Shown here piece by piece: positions 1 through 9,153 of a stretch of DNA of 64,000 nt. The notes beneath the pieces are model-generated. The model was not told where the DNA came from, did no database searches, and saw nothing but the letters and a program-made list of their open reading frames with translations. Both the position numbers and the translations under genes were made by a program. Each line of letters starts with the position of its first letter. Positions within the stretch are counted from its first letter, which is position 1. Source of the DNA: an uncultured Gammaproteobacteria bacterium (GTDB lineage Bacteria; Patescibacteriota; Patescibacteriia; S139-126); assembly GCA_964493305.1 (NCBI GenBank), contig CAZBLW010000001.1, positions 241,484 through 305,483 on the forward strand, given 5' to 3'.

Positions 1-135
1 GGTTCTTTTTATTTTTATTTATCCACAGACCTATGTGTCGCTTTTTTAATATTTTGACATTTAATACCAATATTTTTATTTTTTTTGCTTATTTTTTACC
101 GATTTAGAGTCAAAATTTTAAAAGATTGCTAATAT

Positions 136-163
136 TTGACACCACAATATATGGCGTTATAAT
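136..163 (+). promoter_or_regulatory. sigma70-type promoter upstream of nrdR (TTGACA 136-141, 16-bp spacer, TATAAT 158-163)
   Basis: Read directly: consensus -35 and -10 hexamers with near-ideal spacing about 60 bp upstream of the nrdR ATG. Confidence 0.5.
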
Positions 164-190
164 AAAAAGTGCGAACACTATATATTGGGT
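142..190 (+). promoter_or_regulatory. Tandem NrdR boxes (CCACAATATATGGCGT at 142-157 and ACACTATATATTGGGT at 175-190)
   Basis: Two 16-mers matching the NrdR-box palindrome acaCwAtATaTwGtgt (about 12/16 and 14/16), starts 33 bp apart, overlapping the promoter and 5' leader of nrdR-nrdJ. Confidence 0.5.
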
Positions 191-221
191 TCGACTATTT
201 TTTCATCAGTTATCAAAAAAT

Positions 222-671
222 ATGAATTGTCCTCTTTGTGGAAATGATAATACCAAAGTAAATGATTCCAGATCTACACAAGATGGATTATCAATTCGTC
301 GTCGGCGAGAATGTATCAAATGTGGTTATCGCTTTTCCACTTTGGAAGAAACTGAAATTTTAGATTTGACTATTATAAAAAGAGACGGGCGTAGAGAAAA
401 TTATGATAAAGATAAATTGACTAGAGGTTTAGAGAGAGCATTAGAAAAAAGACAACATCACCGAGAACAATTTCACAGTTTAGTTCAGCAAATCGAAAGG
501 GATATTCAGAAATTGAAAAAAAGTGAAGTAACTACTGAACAAATAGGGCAAATTGTAATGGAGAATCTGAAAAAGTTTGACCAAGTGGCCTATATCCGTT
601 TTGCTTCAGTTTATCGAGCTTTTAGTGATACCAGTAGCTTTGTGAAAGAATTACAGCATCTTGAACATTAA
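222..671 (+). CDS. nrdR: Transcriptional repressor NrdR (Zn-ribbon + ATP-cone)
   Basis: N-terminus MNCPLCG...STQDGLSIRRRRECIKCGYRFST is the classic NrdR zinc ribbon; about 150 aa. The internal ATG at 222 fits better than the ORF-track start at 126. Confidence 0.9.
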   Translation: MNCPLCGNDNTKVNDSRSTQDGLSIRRRRECIKCGYRFSTLEETEILDLTIIKRDGRRENYDKDKLTRGLERALEKRQHHREQFHSLVQQIERDIQKLKKSEVTTEQIGQIVMENLKKFDQVAYIRFASVYRAFSDTSSFVKELQHLEH

Positions 672-703
672 TCAATAAAAAATTTAAATATTAATTTACC
701 CCC

Positions 704-3700
704 ATGCCCAATACATCTGCCTCACAAACAATAGGCCCCATTACCCTTACTTATATTTTGAAGCGCGACGGTTCATCTGAACTTTTCAATTTGGAAAAAT
801 TGAAAAAATCAATTTCTTTGGCACTGACCACAGTTGGTGTTAAGGACAATCCTATATCCAGCAAGGTGGCAGAAGAAGTTATACAAAAAATAAGAGAAGA
901 TATGGCTAGCGGTGGGCTACCCAGTACTTTAGCGATCAGAGAAGCTGTGGAGATATCATTGCGGGAAAGAGGTTTAGGACCAGCCGCTGATGCTTATCAA
1001 CAGTTTTTTTTGTCCCAGAAACAAGGGGTAATGAAACAATCATTAGTAAAAGAAACTATTGAGCCAAAATCCACTCCAGGTTTGCAGTTTGAATATATTT
1101 TTTCTAATCCAGCCCAGCATCCTTTTGCCGAAGTTAGTTGGGAACAACGAAGTGCTAAAATCGCTAGCATTAAGGGGGAGGTAATTTTTGAACAAAATGA
1201 TATTGAGGTGCCGAAATTTTGGTCACAAAATGCTACCAACATTGTGGCTAGTAAATATTTTTATGGCGATCAAAATAAAGGTGAACGCGAGAATTCAGTT
1301 AAGCAATTAATTGATCGGGTAAGTCGGACTATTACTGATTGGGGTAAGGTTGATAAATATTTTAATAATGAAGAATCAGCGGAAACATTTTACAGCGAAT
1401 TAACTTGGTTGATTTTACACCAATACGGCACTTTCAATAGCCCGGTTTGGTTTAATTGTGGGGTGCATCGTTATGATAAGGGTAGTGGTGTGGGTAGATA
1501 TTATTGGAATAAATCAGCACAGTCTGTAAAAGTAGCTACTGATGACTATACTCATCCGCAATGTAGCGCCTGCTTTATTTTGTCGATTGAAGATACAATG
1601 GATTCGATTTTAGACCTAGCCAAAACCGAAGGTATGATTTTTAAATTTGGTTCTGGTAGTGGCGTTAATTTATCACCTATTAGATCATCCAAGGAAAGAC
1701 TGTCTGGCGGAGGTCAGGCCTCAGGCCCGGTGAGCTTTATGAAAGGTTATGATGCTTTTGCCGGAGTGATTAAATCGGGTGGCAAAACCAGACGAGCGGC
1801 CAAGATGGTTATTTTAAATGTTGATCATCCTGACATAGTTGATTTTATCGAAGCAAAAGTCAAAGAAGAGAAAAAGGCTTGGGCTTTGATTGACGCTGGT
1901 TATGATGGCGCAATTGATGGTGAAGCTTACACTTCGATTTTTTTCCAAAATGCCAATCACTCAGTCAGAGTAACTGATGATTTTATGCAAGCAGTAGTTA
2001 AGGATGATTATTATTGGACAAAGAAAATCAAAGACGGAAGCCCTATGGAAAAATTATCTGCTAAAGAAGTATTGAAAAAAATTGCCACCGCCACCCATCT
2101 GTGCGGTGATCCGGGCTTACAGTACGATTCTATCATCAATGATTGGCATACCTGTGCTAATACTGATCGTATTTATGCTTCCAATCCGTGTAGTGAATAT
2201 ATGTTTTTAAATAATACTGCTTGTAATTTGGCTTCATTGAATCTGATGAAGTTTAGAAATGAAGACGGTTCTTTCAATGCCAAATTGTTTGATCGAGCAG
2301 TCCGAATATTTATTACCGCCATGGAAATAATTGTTGATAATGCTTCTTATCCCACCGAAGCCATGGCCAGAAATTCTCATCTGTATCGTACTTTAGGTTT
2401 GGGTTATGCCAATTTAGGAGCGTTGTTGATGAGCAATGGTCTTGCTTATGATAGCGATGAGGGCCGAAGTTTGGCCGCGGCTATTACTGCTATTATGACC
2501 GGGGCAGCTTATGAACAGTCTGGACAAATGGCCAAAGTGGTAGGACCTTTTCCTGGTTTTGCTGACAATCGTGAACCCACCATCAGAGTAATGAAAAAGC
2601 ATTTAGCTGCTGTTGATGATATTAATTCCTTTGGTCATAACGCTCAACTTATAGATTATGCTCGAGGAATTTGGCAGCAAGTAGTTACTGATGCCAACAA
2701 TGATGGTTTACGCAATGCTCAAACTACTGTATTAGCTCCTACCGGGACGATTGCCTTCATGATGGATTGTGACACTACTGGAGTGGAGCCTGATATTGCT
2801 TTGGTAAAATATAAGAAGTTGGTAGGCGGCGGTTATATGAAAATTGTAAATAGTACAGTAGCCCAAGCCTTGGAATCATTGGGTTATAGTCAAGAAGAGA
2901 TTAATCGTATTAGTGAATATATTGATAAGCAAGATACTATCGAAGGTTCTACTGATTTAGATTCTGCTGATTTGTCAGTATTTGATTGTGCTTTTAAACC
3001 CGCCAAAGGTACTCGTTCCATTGGTCATCTGGGACATATTAAGATGATGTCGGCCGTGCAGCCGTTTATTTCTGGAGCAATTTCCAAAACTGTTAATATG
3101 CCAGAAAGTGCCACAGTAGAAGAAATAATGGATGCTTATATTCAGGGTTGGCAATTGGGTCTTAAAGCCTTGGCTATTTATCGGGATGGTTCTAAGCGAA
3201 CCCAGCCTCTCAATACCAACAAAGAAGATGGTAAAGATAAAGAGGGTGCCAAGAAAATTGATTCTTTACCCACGCCAGCGGTCAATGAATATAAACCCAG
3301 GCGGCATCGCTTGCCAGACGAAAGAAAATCTATTACTCACAAATTTGTTATTGGTGGACACTCGGGTTATTTGATTGTTGGTTTATATCCTGACGGTACT
3401 CCGGGTGAAATTTTTGTAACTATTGCCAAGGATGGCTCAGTAATTTCCGGACTAATGGATTCTTTTGCTACCACCGTTTCGTTGGCTTTACAGTATGGTG
3501 TTCCCTTGAAGGTATTGGTTAATCAATTTGCTCATCGTCGATTTGAACCGTCTGGTTTTACCAATAACCCGCAAATAAAAATTGCCAAATCTTTTGTTGA
3601 TTATATTTTCCGTTGGTTGGCTTTGAAATTTTTAACACCCGAAGAAGCTGAGGCGGTAGGAGTCAAACCCAATGGTGAAGCGGAAGCTGCTGCTGTTAAG

Positions 3701-3964
3701 TTTCCGGACAACCGGAATTTAGAAAATGGGTTTTTGGATATCAAAGATGAACCAGAACACAAAACAGTTGGTGAAGAGTTAAAACCCAAAGAAAATCTTT
3801 TTTCTAGTGTCAAAGAAGTCGAAATTTTTGTGTCGGAAAGCGAGCAGTTTACTTTTGACAACCAAGCCGATGCCCCTACCTGTTCGACCTGTGGTGAAAT
3901 TATGATTCGTAATGCCTCTTGTTATAAATGTTTGAATTGTGGAGCTACCAGTGGGTGCTCATGA
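704..3964 (+). CDS. nrdJ: Ribonucleotide reductase, class II-like (adenosylcobalamin-dependent, monomeric type) with C-terminal Cys4 zinc ribbon
   Basis: RNR catalytic core motifs (NPCSEY, CNLASLNL, GSGSGVNLS). No nrdB partner nearby. C-terminal CSTCGE...CYKCLNCG ribbon. The adjacent cobalamin adenosyltransferase supports the B12-dependent class. Confidence 0.8.
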   Translation: MPNTSASQTIGPITLTYILKRDGSSELFNLEKLKKSISLALTTVGVKDNPISSKVAEEVIQKIREDMASGGLPSTLAIREAVEISLRERGLGPAADAYQQFFLSQKQGVMKQSLVKETIEPKSTPGLQFEYIFSNPAQHPFAEVSWEQRSAKIASIKGEVIFEQNDIEVPKFWSQNATNIVASKYFYGDQNKGERENSVKQLIDRVSRTITDWGKVDKYFNNEESAETFYSELTWLILHQYGTFNSPVWFNCGVHRYDKGSGVGRYYWNKSAQSVKVATDDYTHPQCSACFILSIEDTMDSILDLAKTEGMIFKFGSGSGVNLSPIRSSKERLSGGGQASGPVSFMKGYDAFAGVIKSGGKTRRAAKMVILNVDHPDIVDFIEAKVKEEKKAWALIDAGYDGAIDGEAYTSIFFQNANHSVRVTDDFMQAVVKDDYYWTKKIKDGSPMEKLSAKEVLKKIATATHLCGDPGLQYDSIINDWHTCANTDRIYASNPCSEYMFLNNTACNLASLNLMKFRNEDGSFNAKLFDRAVRIFITAMEIIVDNASYPTEAMARNSHLYRTLGLGYANLGALLMSNGLAYDSDEGRSLAAAITAIMTGAAYEQSGQMAKVVGPFPGFADNREPTIRVMKKHLAAVDDINSFGHNAQLIDYARGIWQQVVTDANNDGLRNAQTTVLAPTGTIAFMMDCDTTGVEPDIALVKYKKLVGGGYMKIVNSTVAQALESLGYSQEEINRISEYIDKQDTIEGSTDLDSADLSVFDCAFKPAKGTRSIGHLGHIKMMSAVQPFISGAISKTVNMPESATVEEIMDAYIQGWQLGLKALAIYRDGSKRTQPLNTNKEDGKDKEGAKKIDSLPTPAVNEYKPRRHRLPDERKSITHKFVIGGHSGYLIVGLYPDGTPGEIFVTIAKDGSVISGLMDSFATTVSLALQYGVPLKVLVNQFAHRRFEPSGFTNNPQIKIAKSFVDYIFRWLALKFLTPEEAEAVGVKPNGEAEAAAVKFPDNRNLENGFLDIKDEPEHKTVGEELKPKENLFSSVKEVEIFVSESEQFTFDNQADAPTCSTCGEIMIRNASCYKCLNCGATSGCS

Positions 3965-4031
3965 CATGAATATAGAAGGTAGAATTTAGAATTTTGAATT
4001 AATTTTTTACTAAAATTAATTAAGTTAAGTT

Positions 4032-4571
4032 GTGAAAATTTATACAAAAAAAGGTGATGGCGGTGAAACTTCGTTGTTAGGTGGTAAACGAGTCAAAAAG
4101 AGTCACCAACGTATTAACACCTATGGCACAATTGATGAGTTGAATAGTTATTTAGGTTTAGTAAGAAGCTATAAAATGAAAGATTGGTATCAAGATGCTA
4201 TATTGAAAATTCAAAAAGATTTATTTACTATTGGCTCTGGTTTAGCTCTTGATCCGAGTAGTCAGGTAAAAAATCTGCCAGAAATAAATGAAGCAGATGT
4301 TGAATTTTTAGAAAAGCAGATTGATGAAATGGAAAAATTTTTACCTCCACTCAAGTCTTTTATTTTGCCCGGCGGTAGTCAGGCGGCAGCTAGTTGTCAT
4401 CTGGCCCGCAGTTTAGTCAGACGAGCCGAAAGAGAACTGATTCGCTTGGATGAAAATGAACCAGTAGCTGAAGTTATTAAAAAATATATTAATCGTTTGG
4501 CGGATTATTTATTTGTTTTAGCCAGAAGCCTTGGTTATGATGAAGGAGTGGAAGAAATATTATGGAAATAA
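4032..4571 (+). CDS. ATP:cob(I)alamin adenosyltransferase, PduO/MMAB type (GTG start)
   Basis: MKIYTKKGDGGETSLLGGKRV...YGTIDELNSYLG is the hallmark PduO-type N-terminus; about 180 aa. Confidence 0.8.
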   Translation: MKIYTKKGDGGETSLLGGKRVKKSHQRINTYGTIDELNSYLGLVRSYKMKDWYQDAILKIQKDLFTIGSGLALDPSSQVKNLPEINEADVEFLEKQIDEMEKFLPPLKSFILPGGSQAAASCHLARSLVRRAERELIRLDENEPVAEVIKKYINRLADYLFVLARSLGYDEGVEEILWK

Positions 4572-4612
4572 TATAAATTTAAGCTAGCATTAAGAATTAA
4601 GTATCAAGAAGT

Positions 4613-5071
4613 ATGGAAAAAGAATTATTGCGAACCAGGTTAATATTTTCCGCCATCGTGGTGGTGGTTTTTTTATTAGGAGGTTATTGGTGGCAAAAAA
4701 ATACCGCTCAAGCACCAGTAAATACTACTGAGTCGTCAATTAACATTACAACAACAGATGAAGTTATAACGGCTTATTTAGAAATTGAGGGCGTGAATGA
4801 CCAGGAAATTGCCATCCAGGCTTTGGCGGGTCAGACTTTATTGGGAGTGATGCGACAGTTAAATGAAACAGATCCGAGATTAAATTTACAAACTCAAGAT
4901 TATCCCGGACTAGGTAGTTTGGTAGTACAAATTGGTAATTGGCATAATGGTACTGATAATAAGTATTGGCAATACCAAATCAATGACACTGCGCCCATGG
5001 TGGGAGCAGATCAGTATTTACTTCAAGCCAATGATCGAATCAAATGGGAATTTAAACAGTCAGAATATTAG
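4613..5071 (+). CDS. DUF4430-like (transcobalamin-like fold) membrane-anchored protein, putative cobalamin-binding
   Basis: N-terminal TM anchor; C-terminal WQYQINDT...GADQYLLQANDRIKWEF resembles the DUF4430 signature (W.Y.vNg...l.dgD.i.W). Confidence 0.55.
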   Translation: MEKELLRTRLIFSAIVVVVFLLGGYWWQKNTAQAPVNTTESSINITTTDEVITAYLEIEGVNDQEIAIQALAGQTLLGVMRQLNETDPRLNLQTQDYPGLGSLVVQIGNWHNGTDNKYWQYQINDTAPMVGADQYLLQANDRIKWEFKQSEY

Positions 5072-5072
5072 T

Positions 5073-5633
5073 ATGAAACACATGAAAACATCACACAAGT
5101 TAACTATATTTTTTGTCTTAATTGCTTTAATAATTCTGGCCAGATTTTTACCCCACTGGCCAAACGTAGTTCCAGTGACAGCCGTAGCTTTGTTAGTCGG
5201 AGCTTATCTAAATCGTTATTGGGCAGGAGGGGTGGTTTTGCTCGGAATGATAATAAGTGATTGGTTAATTGGTTTTTATCATTGGCCAGTAATGTTGTCA
5301 GTTTATGGTAGTTTTTTAATAATCGCATTTTTGGGGGGATTGTTAATGAAATATAAATCACCTAAAATTGTATTAATTTATAGTCTGGGGTCATCATTTA
5401 TTTTTTATTTGGTGACAAATTTTGCCGTTTGGGCAAGTGCCAGTTGGTACACTAAAAATTTAAGCGGTTTATGGTTGGCTTATGAAATGGGCTTGCCTTT
5501 TTTGCGCTATACTATCTTGGGTGATTTATTTTATACCGTAGCACTTTTTAGTGCCGCTGAGATTATTAAATGGTTTGTAAATTATCAGACTAAAGTCACT
5601 CAGTCTGAAAAAAAACCTCTTATATATAATTAG
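5073..5633 (+). CDS. Small polytopic membrane protein, ECF-transporter S-component-like (candidate vitamin/cobalamin transporter)
   Basis: About 186 aa with 5-6 predicted TM helices and an LPHWPNVVPVTAVALLVGAY motif. The internal ATG at 5073 abuts the stop of the preceding gene; the ORF-track start at 4932 overlaps the upstream gene. Confidence 0.45.
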   Translation: MKHMKTSHKLTIFFVLIALIILARFLPHWPNVVPVTAVALLVGAYLNRYWAGGVVLLGMIISDWLIGFYHWPVMLSVYGSFLIIAFLGGLLMKYKSPKIVLIYSLGSSFIFYLVTNFAVWASASWYTKNLSGLWLAYEMGLPFLRYTILGDLFYTVALFSAAEIIKWFVNYQTKVTQSEKKPLIYN

Positions 5634-5658
5634 TCAGTCTAATTATTATAAAAATTAT

Positions 5659-6009
5659 ATGATCAATGACCTAGGACAATCAATTGAGGAAGATATTAAA
5701 AAGTTATCAGAAGAAAATCATGCTTTACTTTTGGAGGTTCATCGTTTGACCAAAAAAATAAATCGCCATATGATTTGGGATCAAGTAATGAGTATTATAA
5801 AAATTACTATTATCATCATTCCCTTATGGTATGGCTATACCATGTTAGCTCCGCAATTAAAACAAGCTTATGGTATGTATAGCAGTTTATTGGGTGGCAA
5901 TGAACCTGACAGTACCAGTAAATCCACTTATCAACTAAATGAAGCCGCGTTAAAGAACTTATCACCTGAGGTAATAAACCAGTTAATAAAATCTGGCATT
6001 ATCAAATAG
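5659..6009 (+). CDS. Hypothetical small membrane protein
   Basis: ORF with one central TM segment; no recognisable family. Confidence 0.35.
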   Translation: MINDLGQSIEEDIKKLSEENHALLLEVHRLTKKINRHMIWDQVMSIIKITIIIIPLWYGYTMLAPQLKQAYGMYSSLLGGNEPDSTSKSTYQLNEAALKNLSPEVINQLIKSGIIK

Positions 6010-6033
6010 TTAATAATTAAATAAAAATGAGTT

Positions 6034-7278
6034 ATGGAGAACAAACCAAGGTCTTTTCCTTTTGTGGTGACCGTTATTTTGTTAGCTATCTTTTTTTCTA
6101 CCTTAACTGGTGGGGTGATGGGATTTTTGGCAGGGATTTATTCTCCGCAGATTGTCAGTCAAATTCATAGTCCCGTACTTAAAAATTTATTGACTGATTT
6201 TGCTCCTCAGCCAAGCCAAAACACTCCCCAGACCATTCAATTGGTAGAAGATTCCGCTACAGTAACTGCTGTTAAGAAAGTTGCTCCGGCTGTGGTTTCG
6301 GTAGTGGTAACTAAGGATTTATCAACTATTTATCAAAATCAATTTCCCTTTGATGATTTTTGGTTTAGTTGGCCCTTTAATTTGAATGTGCCTCAAGTAC
6401 CTGAGGGTAAGCAAGAAGTAGGTGGGGGTACTGGTTTTGTAGTTGATGCGGCAAAAGGTTTAATCGTTACCAATCGTCACGTGGTCGACGATGATCAAGC
6501 TGAATATTCTATTGTTACCAATGATGGCGAACGACTTGATGCCAAAGTATTAGCTCGTGATCAATTTAATGATTTAGCTATTTTACAAGTTGAAGCCAAA
6601 AACTTAGTAGCGGTGGAACTAGGTGACTCAGATGCCTTAGCCATTGGTCAAACCGTGATTGCTATTGGTAATGCCTTAGGTGAATATACCAACACCGTAA
6701 CCCGGGGCGTAGTATCAGGCATTGGTCGGACAATTGTAGCTGGTGGTACTACTGGCAGTGAAAAATTGGAAGGCATAATTCAAACTGACGCTGCTATCAA
6801 TCCCGGTAATTCTGGTGGGCCATTGATTAATTTAGTTGGACAGGTAATAGGTATTAATACCGCTATCGATCGACAGGGGCAATTAGTTGGTTTTGCTTTA
6901 CCCATAAATTCAGTCAAAAAGATTATTGAATCAGTAGAAATAAATGGACGAATTATCAGACCTTATTTGGGAGTACGTTATCTACTAATTAATCCAGACA
7001 TAGCCAAAAAAAATAATTTAACAGTTGATCAGGGTGCCTTGATTACCAGAGGTGATAATATTACAGATTTAGCCGTAATTCCTGGAAGTCCTGCTGATAA
7101 AGCCAATTTACGGGAAAACGATATTATTTTGGCTATCAATGATCAAGAAGTGAGCGTTGATAATTCATTGGCCAAACTAATCCAGCAATTTAGTCCTGGA
7201 GATGAGATTAAACTAAAAATCTGGCGTCAGGGCGAAACTAAAGAAGTCTTAGTAAAATTGGAAGAATATAAAAATTAG
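6034..7278 (+). CDS. HtrA/DegP-family serine protease with PDZ domain
   Basis: Trypsin-like core with TDAAINPGNSGGPLINL catalytic serine motif; N-terminal TM anchor; C-terminal PDZ. Confidence 0.85.
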   Translation: MENKPRSFPFVVTVILLAIFFSTLTGGVMGFLAGIYSPQIVSQIHSPVLKNLLTDFAPQPSQNTPQTIQLVEDSATVTAVKKVAPAVVSVVVTKDLSTIYQNQFPFDDFWFSWPFNLNVPQVPEGKQEVGGGTGFVVDAAKGLIVTNRHVVDDDQAEYSIVTNDGERLDAKVLARDQFNDLAILQVEAKNLVAVELGDSDALAIGQTVIAIGNALGEYTNTVTRGVVSGIGRTIVAGGTTGSEKLEGIIQTDAAINPGNSGGPLINLVGQVIGINTAIDRQGQLVGFALPINSVKKIIESVEINGRIIRPYLGVRYLLINPDIAKKNNLTVDQGALITRGDNITDLAVIPGSPADKANLRENDIILAINDQEVSVDNSLAKLIQQFSPGDEIKLKIWRQGETKEVLVKLEEYKN

Positions 7279-7301
7279 AATGATGTTAAATATTTTTGGA
7301 T

Positions 7302-7336
7302 AAAAAAATCCCGACTCGATTGAGTCGGGGTTATTT
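7302..7336. terminator. Bidirectional intrinsic terminator hairpin (CCCGACTC-GATT-GAGTCGGG)
   Basis: Perfect 8-bp GC-rich stem flanked by an A-run and a T-run, between convergent genes. Confidence 0.6.
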
Positions 7337-7916
7337 AATTGTGATATCTGGGAGAGTCAATTATGGCCATAATTATTACCAAAGTAATTATTGTAGCTAT
7401 TGCTAATGATTTTTTTAATCCTTCCAATATTGTTGCCACCAATATTCCGCTGGCCAGACTTATTAGTAAGGTAAGAATAATACCCCAACCAGAAAAATTA
7501 AAAAAAACCAAAGCAGCAAAATAGAAAAATAAAGTAAGTTTGACAATTTTGAAAGTGTCAGCAAAGCCACTGTTGAAAGTTACCAGAACGATGAGAAATA
7601 AAATAAGAGCTCCTAAAAGCACCAGCCCAGCGCTTGGTAGGGCAGAGGCTATACCACCAATACCAGCAACAAATAAAAATTGATCAGATTTGGGTAACTT
7701 TTTTTCAACTAAAAATTTTAACAAAAAGATTACCACCGGCAAACAAAATAAATTTATTACTAATAAAGGGCTAAAGGCAAAACTAAAATTAGTTTGCCAG
7801 TTAAACAAATGGGTGCTAGTTAGAGTGATGCTTTGTGTGTCTGGTAATGATTCGGCCGTAGCGATCAAATAGATGGTGATAAAAGTAGCGATTAGTACTA
7901 GCAAGAAAGTTTTCAT
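7335..7916 (-). CDS. Hypothetical polytopic membrane protein
   Basis: 193-aa ORF, highly hydrophobic; no family recognised. Confidence 0.45.
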   Translation of the reverse strand: MKTFLLVLIATFITIYLIATAESLPDTQSITLTSTHLFNWQTNFSFAFSPLLVINLFCLPVVIFLLKFLVEKKLPKSDQFLFVAGIGGIASALPSAGLVLLGALILFLIVLVTFNSGFADTFKIVKLTLFFYFAALVFFNFSGWGIILTLLISLASGILVATILEGLKKSLAIATIITLVIIMAIIDSPRYHN

Positions 7917-8036
7917 AAAGACACCTCGTGTTTGATGGATGAAAAATTTTTAAAAAACCAATTAAATTATTATACATTGATTTAGATTAAAGTCAATATT
8001 TTGCTCTGTTTCAGTCAAATGTGTTAAGATGCTGAT

Positions 8037-9134
8037 ATGAAAGAAACCTTAGATAAAATTCAACAATTGCAGGAAAAAATAACTAAAGCCTTGGCGGTGG
8101 TTGATATTGAGAATAAAAAAAATAAACTAACCGAATTGGAAGTATTGATGCAAGCAAATGATTTTTGGCAAGATCAAACTAAAGCTAAAAATATTTCTCA
8201 GCAGGCAGTAGTTATTAAAAGACAAATTGATGAATGGCAAAAATTATCTCAGCAAATTGCTGATGTTTTGATCATTGCCCAAGCAGATGAACAGGAGTTG
8301 GATGTTAATCTACGTGAAGAGATTGATCAGCAGTTAATTATTTTAGAAAATAAATATTTAGTTTTAGAAAGAGAGTTATTGTTAGCAGGCAAATATGATG
8401 CCAACAATGCCATTTTATCAATCTACGCTGGTGCCGGCGGTGATGATGCTCAAGATTGGACAGAGATGCTGTCTCGAATGTATTTACGTTTTTGTGAACA
8501 ACAAGGTTGGACAACTGAAATTTTAGATGCTTCCCGGGGGGGCGAGGTTGGTTTAAAGTCCATAACTATCGAGATCAAAGGTGATTATGCTTATGGTTGG
8601 TTGAAAGCAGAAAAAGGTGTCCATCGGTTAGTGAGATTATCACCTTTTGATGCTGATCACGCCAGACACACCTCATTTGCTTTGGTGGAAATTTTACCGG
8701 TCATGGACGAGTTAGAAACGGTAAAGATTGATGAAAAAGATTTACGCATTGATACTTTTATGTCATCCGGTAAAGGTGGTCAGTCGGTCAATACTACTTA
8801 TAGTGCTGTGAGAGTGGTTCATTTGCCAACTGGGATTAGCGTCTCATGCCAAAACGAGCGCTCCCAACAACAAAACAAAGCGACTGCTCTGAAAATTTTA
8901 CAAACTAAATTACAACAACTTCAAGAAGAGCAACATGCCGCCAGCATCAAAGATTTAAAAGGTCAGCACAAAGAGGCTGCTTGGGGCAATCAAATACGCT
9001 CTTATGTTTTACATCCTTATAAAATGGTTAAAGATTTACGTACCAATTATGAGACTACTGAAACTGACAGGGTACTGGACGGTGATTTAATAGCTTTCTT
9101 AGACAGTTATTTACATCAGCAAACAAAAAAGTAG
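8037..9134 (+). CDS. prfB: Peptide chain release factor 2
   Basis: SPF tripeptide motif and GGQ motif (GKGGQSVNTT). Continuous ORF with no +1 frameshift site. Confidence 0.9.
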   Translation: MKETLDKIQQLQEKITKALAVVDIENKKNKLTELEVLMQANDFWQDQTKAKNISQQAVVIKRQIDEWQKLSQQIADVLIIAQADEQELDVNLREEIDQQLIILENKYLVLERELLLAGKYDANNAILSIYAGAGGDDAQDWTEMLSRMYLRFCEQQGWTTEILDASRGGEVGLKSITIEIKGDYAYGWLKAEKGVHRLVRLSPFDADHARHTSFALVEILPVMDELETVKIDEKDLRIDTFMSSGKGGQSVNTTYSAVRVVHLPTGISVSCQNERSQQQNKATALKILQTKLQQLQEEQHAASIKDLKGQHKEAAWGNQIRSYVLHPYKMVKDLRTNYETTETDRVLDGDLIAFLDSYLHQQTKK

Positions 9135-9153
9135 TAAGTTTTATTTACTGGTT

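Noticed and set aside
126-221. N-terminal extension of the nrdR ORF (MLIFDTTIYG...)
   Set aside because: NrdR proteins begin at the zinc ribbon (MNCPLCG). The extension would overlap the promoter and NrdR boxes, so the internal ATG at 222 was used.
997-3861. Four short ORFs inside or antisense to nrdJ (997-1242 -, 2414-2602 -, 3132-3374 +, 3601-3861 -)
   Set aside because: They lie entirely within a well-supported 1086-aa RNR gene, have low-complexity composition and no family resemblance.
704-3964. Possible intein in the unusually long RNR
   Set aside because: No intein boundary motifs (Cys/Ser after the splice junction, terminal HN) or homing-endonuclease blocks were seen. The extra length is in linker regions and the C-terminal zinc-ribbon domain.
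8037-9134. Programmed +1 frameshift in prfB
   Set aside because: The RF2 ORF is continuous from its ATG through the SPF and GGQ motifs, with no in-frame UGA near codon 25.
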